In this document: positions 1 to 8,822 of the stretch, piece by piece
Layout of the letters: each line of letters starts with the position of its first letter
Numbering within the stretch: position 1 is the first letter of the stretch
DNA from: an uncultured Deinococcaceae bacterium
Lineage (GTDB): Bacteria; Deinococcota; Deinococci; Deinococcales; Deinococcaceae
DNA: 64,000 nucleotides
Direction of reading: 5' to 3'
NCBI GenBank assembly: GCA_964252075.1
Contig: CAXULY010000006.1
Coordinates: 1 to 64,000 of the forward strand
Position numbers and translations under genes: made by a program
The notes under the pieces: model-generated
Told to the model about the DNA's origin: nothing
What the model saw: the letters and a program-made list of their open reading frames with translations, nothing else
Database searches by the model: none

Positions 1-1
1 C

Positions 2-898
2 ATGAACGGCACCGCCATGATCACCTCGCGCGGCGGCTGGAAGTGGGACGACATCATCTACGACCTCGGCATGCGCCTCTCGGACATCGCGCACCAGGAG
101 ATGGTGGTGCTGTGCCGCACCACAGAGGACATCGTGAACGCCAAGAAGAACGGCCAGATCGCGTTCATCGTGAGCATCGAGGGCGCCGCGATGATCGAGA
201 ACGAACTGGACCGCCTGGACATCCTGTACGGACTGGGCGTGCGCTGCCTGGGCATCGCGTACAGCGAGGGGAACGCCCTCGGGTACGGACTGAAGGAACC
301 GCGCGACGGCGGCCTCACGACCTTCGGGCGGCAGGCGGTGCGCCGCATGAACAAGCTCGGCATCGCCATCGACGTGAGCCACAGCGGTGACCAGACGGCG
401 CTCGACACCATCGACGTGAGCGAGAAGCCCATCTTCATCACGCACGCGGGCGCGCGCGCCCTGTGGAACTCCAACCGCCTGAAGCCCGACGACGTCATCA
501 AGGCCTGCGCCGCGAAGGGCGGCGTGATCGGCATCGAGGCCGCGCCGCACACCACCCTCACGGAGAAGCACCCGCGGCACAGCCTGGAGTCGTTCATGGA
601 GCACTTCGAGTACTGCGTGAACCTCGTCGGCATCGACCACGTGGCCTTCGGGCCGGACGTGCTGTTCGGCGATCACGTGGGCCTGCACAACGCGCTCACT
701 GAGGCGCTGTCCATCGGCGCGTCGCGCGGGCACCTGAGTTACGAGAAGGTGCCGTTCGTGGACGGCATCGAGAACCCCGCCGAGGCCTTCCCGAACATCG
801 TGCGGTGGCTCGTGAAGCACGGGTACAGCGACGAGGACATCGCGAAGGCGGTCGGCGGGAACGTCATGCGCGTCCTGAAGGAAGCGTGGTACCGGTGA
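2..898 (+). CDS. Membrane dipeptidase (peptidase M19, renal dipeptidase family); probably 5'-truncated by the window edge
   Basis: Motifs SIEGA, GLTTFGRQAVRRMNKLGIAIDVSH, ITHAG, VGIDHVAFGPD, GGNVMRV; the ORF is open at the window start. Confidence 0.9.
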   Translation: MNGTAMITSRGGWKWDDIIYDLGMRLSDIAHQEMVVLCRTTEDIVNAKKNGQIAFIVSIEGAAMIENELDRLDILYGLGVRCLGIAYSEGNALGYGLKEPRDGGLTTFGRQAVRRMNKLGIAIDVSHSGDQTALDTIDVSEKPIFITHAGARALWNSNRLKPDDVIKACAAKGGVIGIEAAPHTTLTEKHPRHSLESFMEHFEYCVNLVGIDHVAFGPDVLFGDHVGLHNALTEALSIGASRGHLSYEKVPFVDGIENPAEAFPNIVRWLVKHGYSDEDIAKAVGGNVMRVLKEAWYR

Positions 899-1746
899 CC
901 GCCAGGTTCTCAGGGAGGACCATCACCGTGAACGGTGTGCGCCTCGTGTACGAGGACGCTGGGCAGGGCACCGCCATCGTGACGCTGCACGGCGGGCCGG
1001 GCATGGGGAGCCGCGCGGGCGACTGGACGGCCTTTCAGGCCCTCACGGACGCGTACCGCCTCATCAGTTACGACCAGCGCGGCAACGGCGACTCGGAACT
1101 GAAGGGCCCGTACACGCACGCGCAGTTCGTGGCGGACCTCGACGCGCTGCGCGAGGAACTGGGGCTCGGGCAGATCGTGGTGCTGGGCGGCAGTTACGGC
1201 GGGTTCCTGGCGCTGGAGTACGCCCTCGCGCACCCGGAAAACGTGCGGGCGGTGATCCTGCGCGACACCGCCGCCAGCAACCGCTTCCAGGGCCTCAGCA
1301 AGGAACGCGCCATGTCGAGCGACTTCCCGATGGACGAGGAGACCCTCGACCGCCTGTTCTCCGGGCAGGTGCGGGACGACGACGACTTCCGCGCGAGTTA
1401 CGCGATGATCCAGCCGCTGTACACCGTGGACCGCGACCCGGCCGTGGAGGCGGAGCGCCTCGCGCGCATTCCCTTCCGGTACGAGACGCACAACTGGGCC
1501 TTCTCGCAGAACCAGCCGAACTACGACGTGACCGCGCGCCTGCAGGAGATCCAGGCGCCGGTCCTCGTGACGGTCGGGCGGCACGACTGGATCACGCCGC
1601 TGGAGGCCAGCGAGGAACTCGCCGCGCACCTCCCGAACGGCGAACTGGTGGTGTTCGAGCACAGCGGGCACTCCCCGCACATGGAGGAGAACGCCCTGTA
1701 CCTGCAGGTCGTGCGGGACTTCCTGACGCGGCACGGGATCGCGTGA
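895..1746 (+). CDS. Alpha/beta hydrolase, proline iminopeptidase-like (S33)
   Basis: HGGPG oxyanion motif, YDQRGNG, GGSYGG nucleophile, GRHD, SGHSPH; GTG start overlaps the upstream TGA (GTGA). Confidence 0.85.
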   Translation: MTARFSGRTITVNGVRLVYEDAGQGTAIVTLHGGPGMGSRAGDWTAFQALTDAYRLISYDQRGNGDSELKGPYTHAQFVADLDALREELGLGQIVVLGGSYGGFLALEYALAHPENVRAVILRDTAASNRFQGLSKERAMSSDFPMDEETLDRLFSGQVRDDDDFRASYAMIQPLYTVDRDPAVEAERLARIPFRYETHNWAFSQNQPNYDVTARLQEIQAPVLVTVGRHDWITPLEASEELAAHLPNGELVVFEHSGHSPHMEENALYLQVVRDFLTRHGIA

Positions 1747-2933
1747 CGGCGCAGCCCATCACGCGCGAGGAGCGCGCCGGGCGCGCCAGGGACGCCTTCG
1801 CGCACATCCCGGACCCTGTGGACGCGCTGGTGCTGTTCGACGACCAGTTCATCCAGTACCACGCGGGCTTCGCGTTCATCCCCACCGAGCGGCCCATCGC
1901 GCTCGTCATCACGCGGGACGGCGAGCGCACCCTGTTCGTGCCGCGCCTGGAGCGCGAGCACGCCGCGCAGCACGGCGAGGCGGACCGCGTGCAGGACTAC
2001 CCGGAGTTCCCCACGGGCACGCACCCCATGCGGCACCTCGCGGCGCTCCTGGAGGGCGCCGGGCTGCAGTCCGCGCGCATCGGGGTGGACCACGACGGGT
2101 ACCCGCCCGTCATGGGGTACGACGGCCCCACCCTCAGCGAGGCCCTGCCGGGCGCGACCATCCGGCGCGTGTCGCGGCACCTCGACCACCAGATGGCCCT
2201 CAAATCCGACGCGGAACTCGCTTTAATTCGCGAAAGTGCCCGCTGGGGCGATCACGCGCACCGCCTGCTTCAGCAGTACACGCGCGCGGGCGAGACCGAG
2301 ACGGACGTGGAGGCGCGAGCGACGCGCGAGGCGACGCACGCCATGACGGACACGCTCGGGCCCACGTACCGCGGGCTGAACAAGTGGATGAGCGGCGCGG
2401 TCGCCCTGTACCGCGGGCAGATCGGCGCGAACAGCGCCCTTCCGCACGCCATGACGACCGGCGCGGCCTTCCAGCCGGGCGACACGCTCGTGACGGGCGC
2501 GGGCGCCGCCGTGTGGGGGTACATCTCGGAGCTGGAACGCACCATGTTCATCGGTGAGCCCAGCGCCGAGCAGCGCCGGTACTTCCAGCACATGCTGAAC
2601 CTGCAGGACATCGCCTTCGCGGCGCTGAAACCCGGCGAGCCGTGCGCGAGTGTGGACGTGGCGGTGCGCGCGTACTACGACCGCGAGGGCCTCACCGCGC
2701 ACTGGCGGCACCACGTGGGGCACAGCCTCGGGCAGCGCATCCACGAGAGTCCCTTCCTGGACATCGGGGACCAGCGCCCCATGGAGCCCAGCATGGTGTT
2801 CTCCATCGAGCCGGGCGTGTACGTGCCGGGCCTCGGGGGCTTCCGGCACTCGGACACCATCCTGATCACCGCGGACGGCTTCGAGTGCCTCACCACGTAC
2901 CCGCGGGACCTGAAGTCGCTGGTCATCGCCTGA
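1743..2933 (+). CDS. M24 (pita-bread fold) peptidase / creatinase-like hydrolase with non-canonical metal ligands
   Basis: KSDAEL, LPHA, GYISELERT, GHSLG..IHE, SIEPG, FRHSDT; GTGA coupling to the upstream gene. Confidence 0.85.
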   Translation: MTAQPITREERAGRARDAFAHIPDPVDALVLFDDQFIQYHAGFAFIPTERPIALVITRDGERTLFVPRLEREHAAQHGEADRVQDYPEFPTGTHPMRHLAALLEGAGLQSARIGVDHDGYPPVMGYDGPTLSEALPGATIRRVSRHLDHQMALKSDAELALIRESARWGDHAHRLLQQYTRAGETETDVEARATREATHAMTDTLGPTYRGLNKWMSGAVALYRGQIGANSALPHAMTTGAAFQPGDTLVTGAGAAVWGYISELERTMFIGEPSAEQRRYFQHMLNLQDIAFAALKPGEPCASVDVAVRAYYDREGLTAHWRHHVGHSLGQRIHESPFLDIGDQRPMEPSMVFSIEPGVYVPGLGGFRHSDTILITADGFECLTTYPRDLKSLVIA

Positions 2934-2963
2934 CGCGGGCGGGTGCGGTGGCGGGGCGTCCGT

Positions 2964-3767
2964 TCAGGCGGGCGCCCCGCCCTGCACGGCCCAGGCGCGG
3001 GCGGTAAGCGCGATGGGGCCGCTGCCGCCCGCCGTGAGGCGCGCGTGCAGGGCCGCGCGGATGCGCTCCTGCGTGCCCGCGTCGAGCGTGGCGAGGTAGG
3101 TGGGGGCGGCACCCTGCTTCCCGAGGAACGGCGTCCAGTAGTCGTCGAAGTCCCGGAACACCGTGTCGATGTCCACGGCGCGCACCTCGACGGCGGTGAG
3201 GCCCTGGTCACGCCACAGCGCGGCGAGCGGTTCAGGCTGGCACCAGTCGAAGCGCTCCGCCTGACTGAGTTTCGCGTCGTGCGGGCTCACGGTGAGGGCG
3301 GCGTCCCAGAAGGCGCGCATCATGGTCATGCCGCCCGCGTAGTCCCACACGTAGGCCGCGACGCGCCCGCCGGGCTTCGTGACGCGCGTCATTTCACGCA
3401 CCATCAGGGCGGGGTCCGCGACGAAGTTCAGGACGAGGCCGGACACGGTCGCGTCGCTGGCGTGGTCGTCCAGCGGGAGGCGCGTGGCGTCGCCCACCAT
3501 GAAGCGCACGCGGTCGTTCGTGAGCTGGCGGCGCGCCGCCGCGAGGAAGCCCTCGGAGCGGTCGATGCCGGTGACGGCGCGGGGCGCGCAGGTCTCGGTG
3601 ATGGCCTGCGTGAGGGCGCCCGTCCCGCACCCCACGTCCGTCCAGGTCCGTCCGGCGGGGAGGGCAAGCCATTGGAGGAACGGCCGCGCGACGGGGCGGC
3701 TCCAGCGCCCGACGTAGCGTTCGTAGGCGTCGCCGGCGCTCCAGTTCTCCTGCGGTGGGTCGGTCAT
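2964..3767 (-). CDS. Class I SAM-dependent methyltransferase
   Basis: DVGCGTG motif I, GDATRLP, KPGG; GGAGG RBS upstream. Confidence 0.9.
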   Translation of the reverse strand: MTDPPQENWSAGDAYERYVGRWSRPVARPFLQWLALPAGRTWTDVGCGTGALTQAITETCAPRAVTGIDRSEGFLAAARRQLTNDRVRFMVGDATRLPLDDHASDATVSGLVLNFVADPALMVREMTRVTKPGGRVAAYVWDYAGGMTMMRAFWDAALTVSPHDAKLSQAERFDWCQPEPLAALWRDQGLTAVEVRAVDIDTVFRDFDDYWTPFLGKQGAAPTYLATLDAGTQERIRAALHARLTAGGSGPIALTARAWAVQGGAPA

Positions 3768-3915
3768 GCGGGCCTCCTTGATGGGGGTGTGGCGGTGGGT
3801 TCATTGTGCGCCAGGCTGGAGGGGCCGTGGCGCGACAGGGCCCTGACGGCGGGGCGCGATCATGCCCGGGCGCGGGGCGAATGTCTGCGGGTGTCCTGGG
3901 GGTGCACCGTTTATC

Positions 3916-3955
3916 TTGACGTGTGCCCCAGCTGTAGGTTACGTTTTAAGCGTAA
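3916..3955 (+). promoter_or_regulatory. Sigma-A-type promoter (TTGACG 3916-3921; TACGTT 3940-3945) overlapped by a radiation/desiccation response motif (RDRM, DdrO operator) TTACGTTTTAAGCGTAA at 3939-3955
   Basis: 17-bp imperfect palindrome fitting the Deinococcus RDRM consensus at all constrained positions, in an AT-rich island 32 bp before the SWIM gene start. Confidence 0.85.
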
Positions 3956-3987
3956 TTTGATCCAGACTTTTTGCAGAAGGTGATGAT

Positions 3988-5283
3988 TTGGCCACACTCA
4001 CGCCCGACCACATCCTGACCCTCGCCCCGGACGCCAGCAGCGCCAAGAACGCCCACGGACTCGCCACACCCGGCAAGTGGCCCGCCCTGCACGCCACCGA
4101 ACGCGCCCTGTGGGGCGAATGCCAGGGCAGCGGCCAGCACCCCTACCTAGTGGGCGTGGACCGCCAGGACCCCAGCGCCAGCAAATGCAGCTGCCCCAGC
4201 CGCAAATTCCCGTGCAAGCACGCGCTGGCCCTGCTGCTCCTGCACGCCACGCACCCCGGTGCCTTCGGCACCGACGCGCCCCCGGAGGCCCTCAGCGCTT
4301 GGCTCGCCGGACGCACCGAGCGCGCCAGCAAGAGCGCCGAGCAGGCCCCGACCGCGCCGAAGCCAGTCAGCCCGGCGGCGCTCGACAAGCGCCGCGCCGC
4401 GCGCGACGCGAAGGTCACGGCGGGCCTCGCGGACCTCTCGATGTACCTGCGGGACCTCATCGCGGGCGGACTCGCGGCGGCGCAGCAGCGCCCCTACCGC
4501 GAGTGGGACGCGCAGGCCGCGCGCCTCATCGACGCGCAGGCGCCCGGCGCCGCGCGCCAGCTGCGCGCCACACCCGCGCACCTGAGCGACGCGGACGCGC
4601 TCCTCACGCACCTCGCGCGCCTGCACCTGCTGTGCACCGCCTGGGCCGCCCGCGCGACCCTCACGCCCGAGGAGGAGCAGGAGGTCCGCAGCGCCGTCGG
4701 CTTCCCGCTCGACACGGAAGCGGTCCTCGCGCAGCCCGGCGTGACCGCCGACTGGGCGGTGCTGGGGCAGGTCACGGTCGAGGAGGAGCAGCTCACGGTG
4801 CGCCGCACCTGGCTGCGCGACGTGGAGCGCGACCAGGACGCGCTGCTGCTGGATTTCGCGCCGCCGGGCCGCCCGCTGCCCGCGGGCCTCGTGGCGCGCA
4901 CGACCGTGCACGCCACCGTGCATTACCCGCACACCGCGCTGCCGCAGCGCGCGCTCCTGGGGGACGACGTGAGTCCGCCCGCGCCCGCCCGCGCCCACTG
5001 GCCGGAGCGCGGCCTGGAGGACCTGCTGGACCGGCACGCCGCGCACCTCGCGCGCAACCCGTGGCTGGAGCGCAGCGCGCACCACGTGACGCGCGCGCGC
5101 CTCGCGCCCGGCACCCCGTGGCTCATGCTGGACGAGGGCGGGCAGGCCCTCCCGCTGGCCGGCGCGGAGCAGGCGCTGTTCCGCCTGCACGCGCTGGGCG
5201 GCGGGCGCCCCGTCACGCTGAGCGGCGAGTGGGACGGGCAGGCCTTCACGCCGCTGGCGCTGCTGGAGGTGCACGGTGAGTGA
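3988..5283 (+). CDS. ddrT: SWIM zinc-finger protein (DdrT/YehQ-like)
   Basis: WGECQGSG..PY and CSCPSRKFPCKH SWIM motif; first gene downstream of the RDRM; TTG start. Confidence 0.8.
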   Translation: MATLTPDHILTLAPDASSAKNAHGLATPGKWPALHATERALWGECQGSGQHPYLVGVDRQDPSASKCSCPSRKFPCKHALALLLLHATHPGAFGTDAPPEALSAWLAGRTERASKSAEQAPTAPKPVSPAALDKRRAARDAKVTAGLADLSMYLRDLIAGGLAAAQQRPYREWDAQAARLIDAQAPGAARQLRATPAHLSDADALLTHLARLHLLCTAWAARATLTPEEEQEVRSAVGFPLDTEAVLAQPGVTADWAVLGQVTVEEEQLTVRRTWLRDVERDQDALLLDFAPPGRPLPAGLVARTTVHATVHYPHTALPQRALLGDDVSPPAPARAHWPERGLEDLLDRHAAHLARNPWLERSAHHVTRARLAPGTPWLMLDEGGQALPLAGAEQALFRLHALGGGRPVTLSGEWDGQAFTPLALLEVHGE

Positions 5284-6778
5284 CGCCTGGACGGCCCTCC
5301 GGCAGACCGCGACGCTCGGCACGGGCCGCGCCGCGCTGCCCGACCTGCCGGACCTCCCCACCCTGCCGGCGCGCGAGGACGCGGCGCTCGCGCTGCTGGA
5401 CCGCGCCGCGCTGCTCGGCGTGGGGCGCCTCGCGGGCCGCACCGCGCTGACGCCCGCCGTCTCCCCCACCCCGCCCGCGCCGCCGGAGGTCACGCCGCCC
5501 GTGGGTGAGCACGCGGAGGTCCTCCTGAGCACCGTGCTGCCGCAGGTGCCCTTGCTGCTCGCGTGGCTGCGCGCCTGCGCCGCCGCCGGGCAGCACGTCC
5601 CGCCGCGCTGGCTGCCGGAGCTGCTGGACCTCACCGCCACCGACCGGGACGTGCGCCGCGCCCTGCGCCCCGTGCTGGGCGAGCGCGGCGCGTGGCTCGC
5701 GCGGCAGAACCCGCACTGGCGCTTCGCGCTGCCCGCCGCCCTGCCGGACGAGGACACCTGGGTGGCCGCGACGCCCGCCGTGCGCGAGGAGCTGTTCCGC
5801 GCGGCGCGCGAGGCCGACCCGGACGCCGCGCGCACCTTCCTGCACGCCCGCTTCGCGCAGGAGCGCGCGGAGGTGCAGGAACGCCTGCTGCGCGTCCTCG
5901 GGGAGCACCCGTACCCAGCCGACGCGGCGCTGGAGGACCTGCTGGACAGCGCGGCGTCCGCCCGCAGCCGCGGGGTGCGGGACGCCGCCGCGCCACTGCG
6001 CGCGCGCCTGCCCGGCACGGCGTACCAGGCGCGCATGGAGGCCCGCCTGCGCGCGCTCGTGCACCTGCCGCCCGAAGCGACCGGCCTCGCGCGCCTGAAC
6101 CCCCTGCGCGACACCAAAGCCACGCTGCACAACTACCGCCCGGACGAGGACGCCGCGCGCGACGGCCTGCCCGGCGAGGGCAGCAGCGCGCACGACGCCC
6201 TGCGCGCCCTGCTGCCGCGCATGCACCCGGAGCACATCCTGCGGGTGCTGGGGCCGGACGCGGCGCTCGCCGTGCGCCGCGCGGTGCAGCTGAACGCCCT
6301 GAAGGCGCTGGAGCAGGCGCACCTGAACGCGCCCACCCCGGACCTCGCGGCGGCCCTCCAGCGCGCGCGGCGCGGCGACGCGCTGAACCTGCTGCCCACC
6401 CTCCCGCACGCCCAGCGCGAGGCGCACGCCCTGGACTGGCTGCAGCACGCGAACGACTGGAGCAACGCACACCTCAGCGGCCTCGCCTTCCTGCCCGCCC
6501 CGTGGAGCGCCGCCGTGAGCGCGGCGGTGCTGCGCGCGCTGGTGCGCACCGCGCCGCGCGCGGCCCGCACGGGCGACTTCCAGCAGCGCTGGCGCTGGCA
6601 GGCGCAGGTGGGCGAAAGCGCCCTGCAACTCGACCCGCACGCCCCCCAGCCGGAACTGCCCGCCGACGTCAGCGACGACGCGGACGACGACGCGCGGCAG
6701 CACTGGCAGGCCCTCACGCACACCCTGCTGCTGCGCCGCGACCTGCAGGCGGCCTTCACCCCCAAGGAGCCCCGATGA
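5276..6778 (+). CDS. ddrU: DUF5691-like helical protein (DdrU-like)
   Basis: ATLGTGR N-terminus, LGERGAWLARQNPHW motif; lies between the SWIM and AAA genes. Confidence 0.7.
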   Translation: MSDAWTALRQTATLGTGRAALPDLPDLPTLPAREDAALALLDRAALLGVGRLAGRTALTPAVSPTPPAPPEVTPPVGEHAEVLLSTVLPQVPLLLAWLRACAAAGQHVPPRWLPELLDLTATDRDVRRALRPVLGERGAWLARQNPHWRFALPAALPDEDTWVAATPAVREELFRAAREADPDAARTFLHARFAQERAEVQERLLRVLGEHPYPADAALEDLLDSAASARSRGVRDAAAPLRARLPGTAYQARMEARLRALVHLPPEATGLARLNPLRDTKATLHNYRPDEDAARDGLPGEGSSAHDALRALLPRMHPEHILRVLGPDAALAVRRAVQLNALKALEQAHLNAPTPDLAAALQRARRGDALNLLPTLPHAQREAHALDWLQHANDWSNAHLSGLAFLPAPWSAAVSAAVLRALVRTAPRAARTGDFQQRWRWQAQVGESALQLDPHAPQPELPADVSDDADDDARQHWQALTHTLLLRRDLQAAFTPKEPR

Positions 6779-7863
6779 CCCCCAGCACCACCGTCCTTCG
6801 CCAGCACGCCGAGCACGCCTTCGCGCACGAACTCCAGGCCCTCGCCGCGCACGACGCGCACCCGCGCCCTCCGCACTGGCAGCTCAGCCCGCGCGCCGTC
6901 GTGACGTACCTGATGGGGGGCACGCTGCCGGACCGGACGGTCATCACGCCGAAGTACGTGGGGGACCGCCGCCTCATGGAAGTCGCCGTCGCGACGCTCG
7001 CCACCGACCGCGCGCTGCTGCTGCTCGGCGTGCCCGGCACCGCGAAGAGCTGGGTGAGCGAGCACCTCGCGGCGGCCATCAGCGGCGACAGCACCCTGCT
7101 CGTGCAGGGCACGGCGGGCACCAGCGAGGAAGCCATCCGGTACGGCTGGAATTACGCGCGCCTCCTCGCGGACGGCCCGAGCGAAGCGGCGCTCGTGGAG
7201 GGCCCCATCATGCACGCCATGCGCGAGGGCAAGATCGCGCGGCTGGAGGAGCTCACGCGCGTGCCGAGCGACGTGCAAGACACCCTCATCACGGTGCTGA
7301 GCGAGAAGACGCTGCCCGTGCCGGAACTCCGCACGGAGGTGCAGGCCACGCGCGGCTTCAACCTGATCGCCACCGCGAACAACCGCGACAAGGGCGTGAA
7401 CGAGCTGTCCAGCGCCCTCAAGCGGCGCTTCAACACCGTGGTGCTCCCCACGCCCGCCACGCTCGACGAGGAGGTGGGCATCGTGACGCAGCGCGTGCAG
7501 CAGCTCGGGCGGGCGCTGGGCCTGCCGGACGTGCCGCCCGCGCACGAGCAGGTGCGGCGCGTCATCACGGTGTTCCGCGAGCTGCGCGGCGGCGCCACGC
7601 TGGACGGCAAGACCACCCTGAAATCCCCGAGCGGCACCCTGAGCACCGCCGAGGCGATCAGCGTCATGAACCAGAGCCTGACGCTCGCCGCGCACTTCGG
7701 GAACGGCACGCCCACCGCGCACGACCTCGCGGCGAGCCTCACCGGCGCCGTCATCAAGGACCCCGCGCAGGACCCCGTGATCTGGCGGGAGTACCTGGAG
7801 ACCGCCATGAAGAAACGCGCCGGGTGGGGTGACTTCTACGCCGCGTGCCGCGAGGTGGGCTGA
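6775..7863 (+). CDS. ddrV: MoxR-family AAA+ ATPase (YehL subfamily; DdrV-like)
   Basis: Walker A GVPGTAKS, Walker B RLEELTR, ATANNRDKGVNELSSALKRRF; ATGA overlap with the upstream gene. Confidence 0.9.
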   Translation: MTPSTTVLRQHAEHAFAHELQALAAHDAHPRPPHWQLSPRAVVTYLMGGTLPDRTVITPKYVGDRRLMEVAVATLATDRALLLLGVPGTAKSWVSEHLAAAISGDSTLLVQGTAGTSEEAIRYGWNYARLLADGPSEAALVEGPIMHAMREGKIARLEELTRVPSDVQDTLITVLSEKTLPVPELRTEVQATRGFNLIATANNRDKGVNELSSALKRRFNTVVLPTPATLDEEVGIVTQRVQQLGRALGLPDVPPAHEQVRRVITVFRELRGGATLDGKTTLKSPSGTLSTAEAISVMNQSLTLAAHFGNGTPTAHDLAASLTGAVIKDPAQDPVIWREYLETAMKKRAGWGDFYAACREVG

Positions 7864-8822
7864 TGCCGGACCTCGCGGACTTCTGGTCCACGGACGCCCT
7901 GGAGGACCAGCACAGGAGTTACATTGAGGCGCCCCCCACGCCGGAGGTGATCGCGTCGGTGGAGGCCGAGTTGGGCCACCGCCTGCCCGCCAGTTACATC
8001 GAACTGATGCGCGTGCAGAACGGCGGCCTGCCCAGACGCACGTGCCACCCCACGGCGGAACCGACCTCGTGGGCGGAGGACCACGTCGCGATCTCCGGGC
8101 TGATGGGCATCGGGCGGGAGAAGACCTACAGCCTGTGCGGGAGCCTGGGCAGCCAGTTCATGATTGATGAGTGGGGGTACCCCGCGCTGGGCGTCTACTT
8201 CGGGGAGTGCCCCTCGGCGGGGCACGACATGGTGGCCCTCGATTACCGCGCGTGCGGCCCGCAGGGCGAGCCGTGTGTGGTGCACGTGGACCAGGAGCAC
8301 GACTACCGGGTCACGTGGCTCGCGCCGGACTTCGCGACCTTCGTGCGTGGCCTGCAGCCCGAGGAGGCCTTCGCGGAGGACCCCGAGGAGGTGAGGCAGG
8401 GCGCGCTGAATGGAGTCCTGAACGCGCCCTTCAGTCCCGAGCTGCAAACCCTGCTGGACGCCTACCCGGACGCCGATCTGCCTGTACAGGTGCGGGCGCT
8501 CGCGGCGCGGATCGTGCAGGACAAGGGCTTCTTCGCCCTGCACGCGGACGCGCCGTCCTCGCTGATGTACGACGCGCAGTTCCTGCTGTTCAGCCACAGT
8601 CACGCGGTGCGTGACCCGGACGCGTACCTGGACGCCCACTACCCGGACCTGATCGCCATGACGGGCGCCGCGACCTTCGGGACGGGCGGGTACGCGCCGG
8701 ACTTCCTGAGGGACTGGTGGGCGGACGCCGTGCAGCAGGGCCGTGTGGCGCGCGCCGGGGACGGCTGGCGCTTCACCGAGGCCGCGGAGCGTCAGGTGCG
8801 CGCGGCGCTGGCGGAGGCCTGA
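7863..8822 (+). CDS. SMI1/KNR4 (SUKH) family protein with a C-terminal extension
   Basis: IASVEAELGHRLPASYIELMRVQNGG, DEWGYP, SAGHDMVALDYR, LAPDFATFVRGL; TGATG coupling on both sides. Confidence 0.85.
   Translation: MPDLADFWSTDALEDQHRSYIEAPPTPEVIASVEAELGHRLPASYIELMRVQNGGLPRRTCHPTAEPTSWAEDHVAISGLMGIGREKTYSLCGSLGSQFMIDEWGYPALGVYFGECPSAGHDMVALDYRACGPQGEPCVVHVDQEHDYRVTWLAPDFATFVRGLQPEEAFAEDPEEVRQGALNGVLNAPFSPELQTLLDAYPDADLPVQVRALAARIVQDKGFFALHADAPSSLMYDAQFLLFSHSHAVRDPDAYLDAHYPDLIAMTGAATFGTGGYAPDFLRDWWADAVQQGRVARAGDGWRFTEAAERQVRAALAEA

Noticed and set aside
5563..6774. Long N-terminal extension of the AAA ATPase ORF (766 aa), and similar extensions of ORFs starting at 21254, 22422, 55432 and 56783
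   Set aside because: Off-frame read-through of upstream genes or intergenic DNA; coupled or RBS-supported internal starts fit the family lengths
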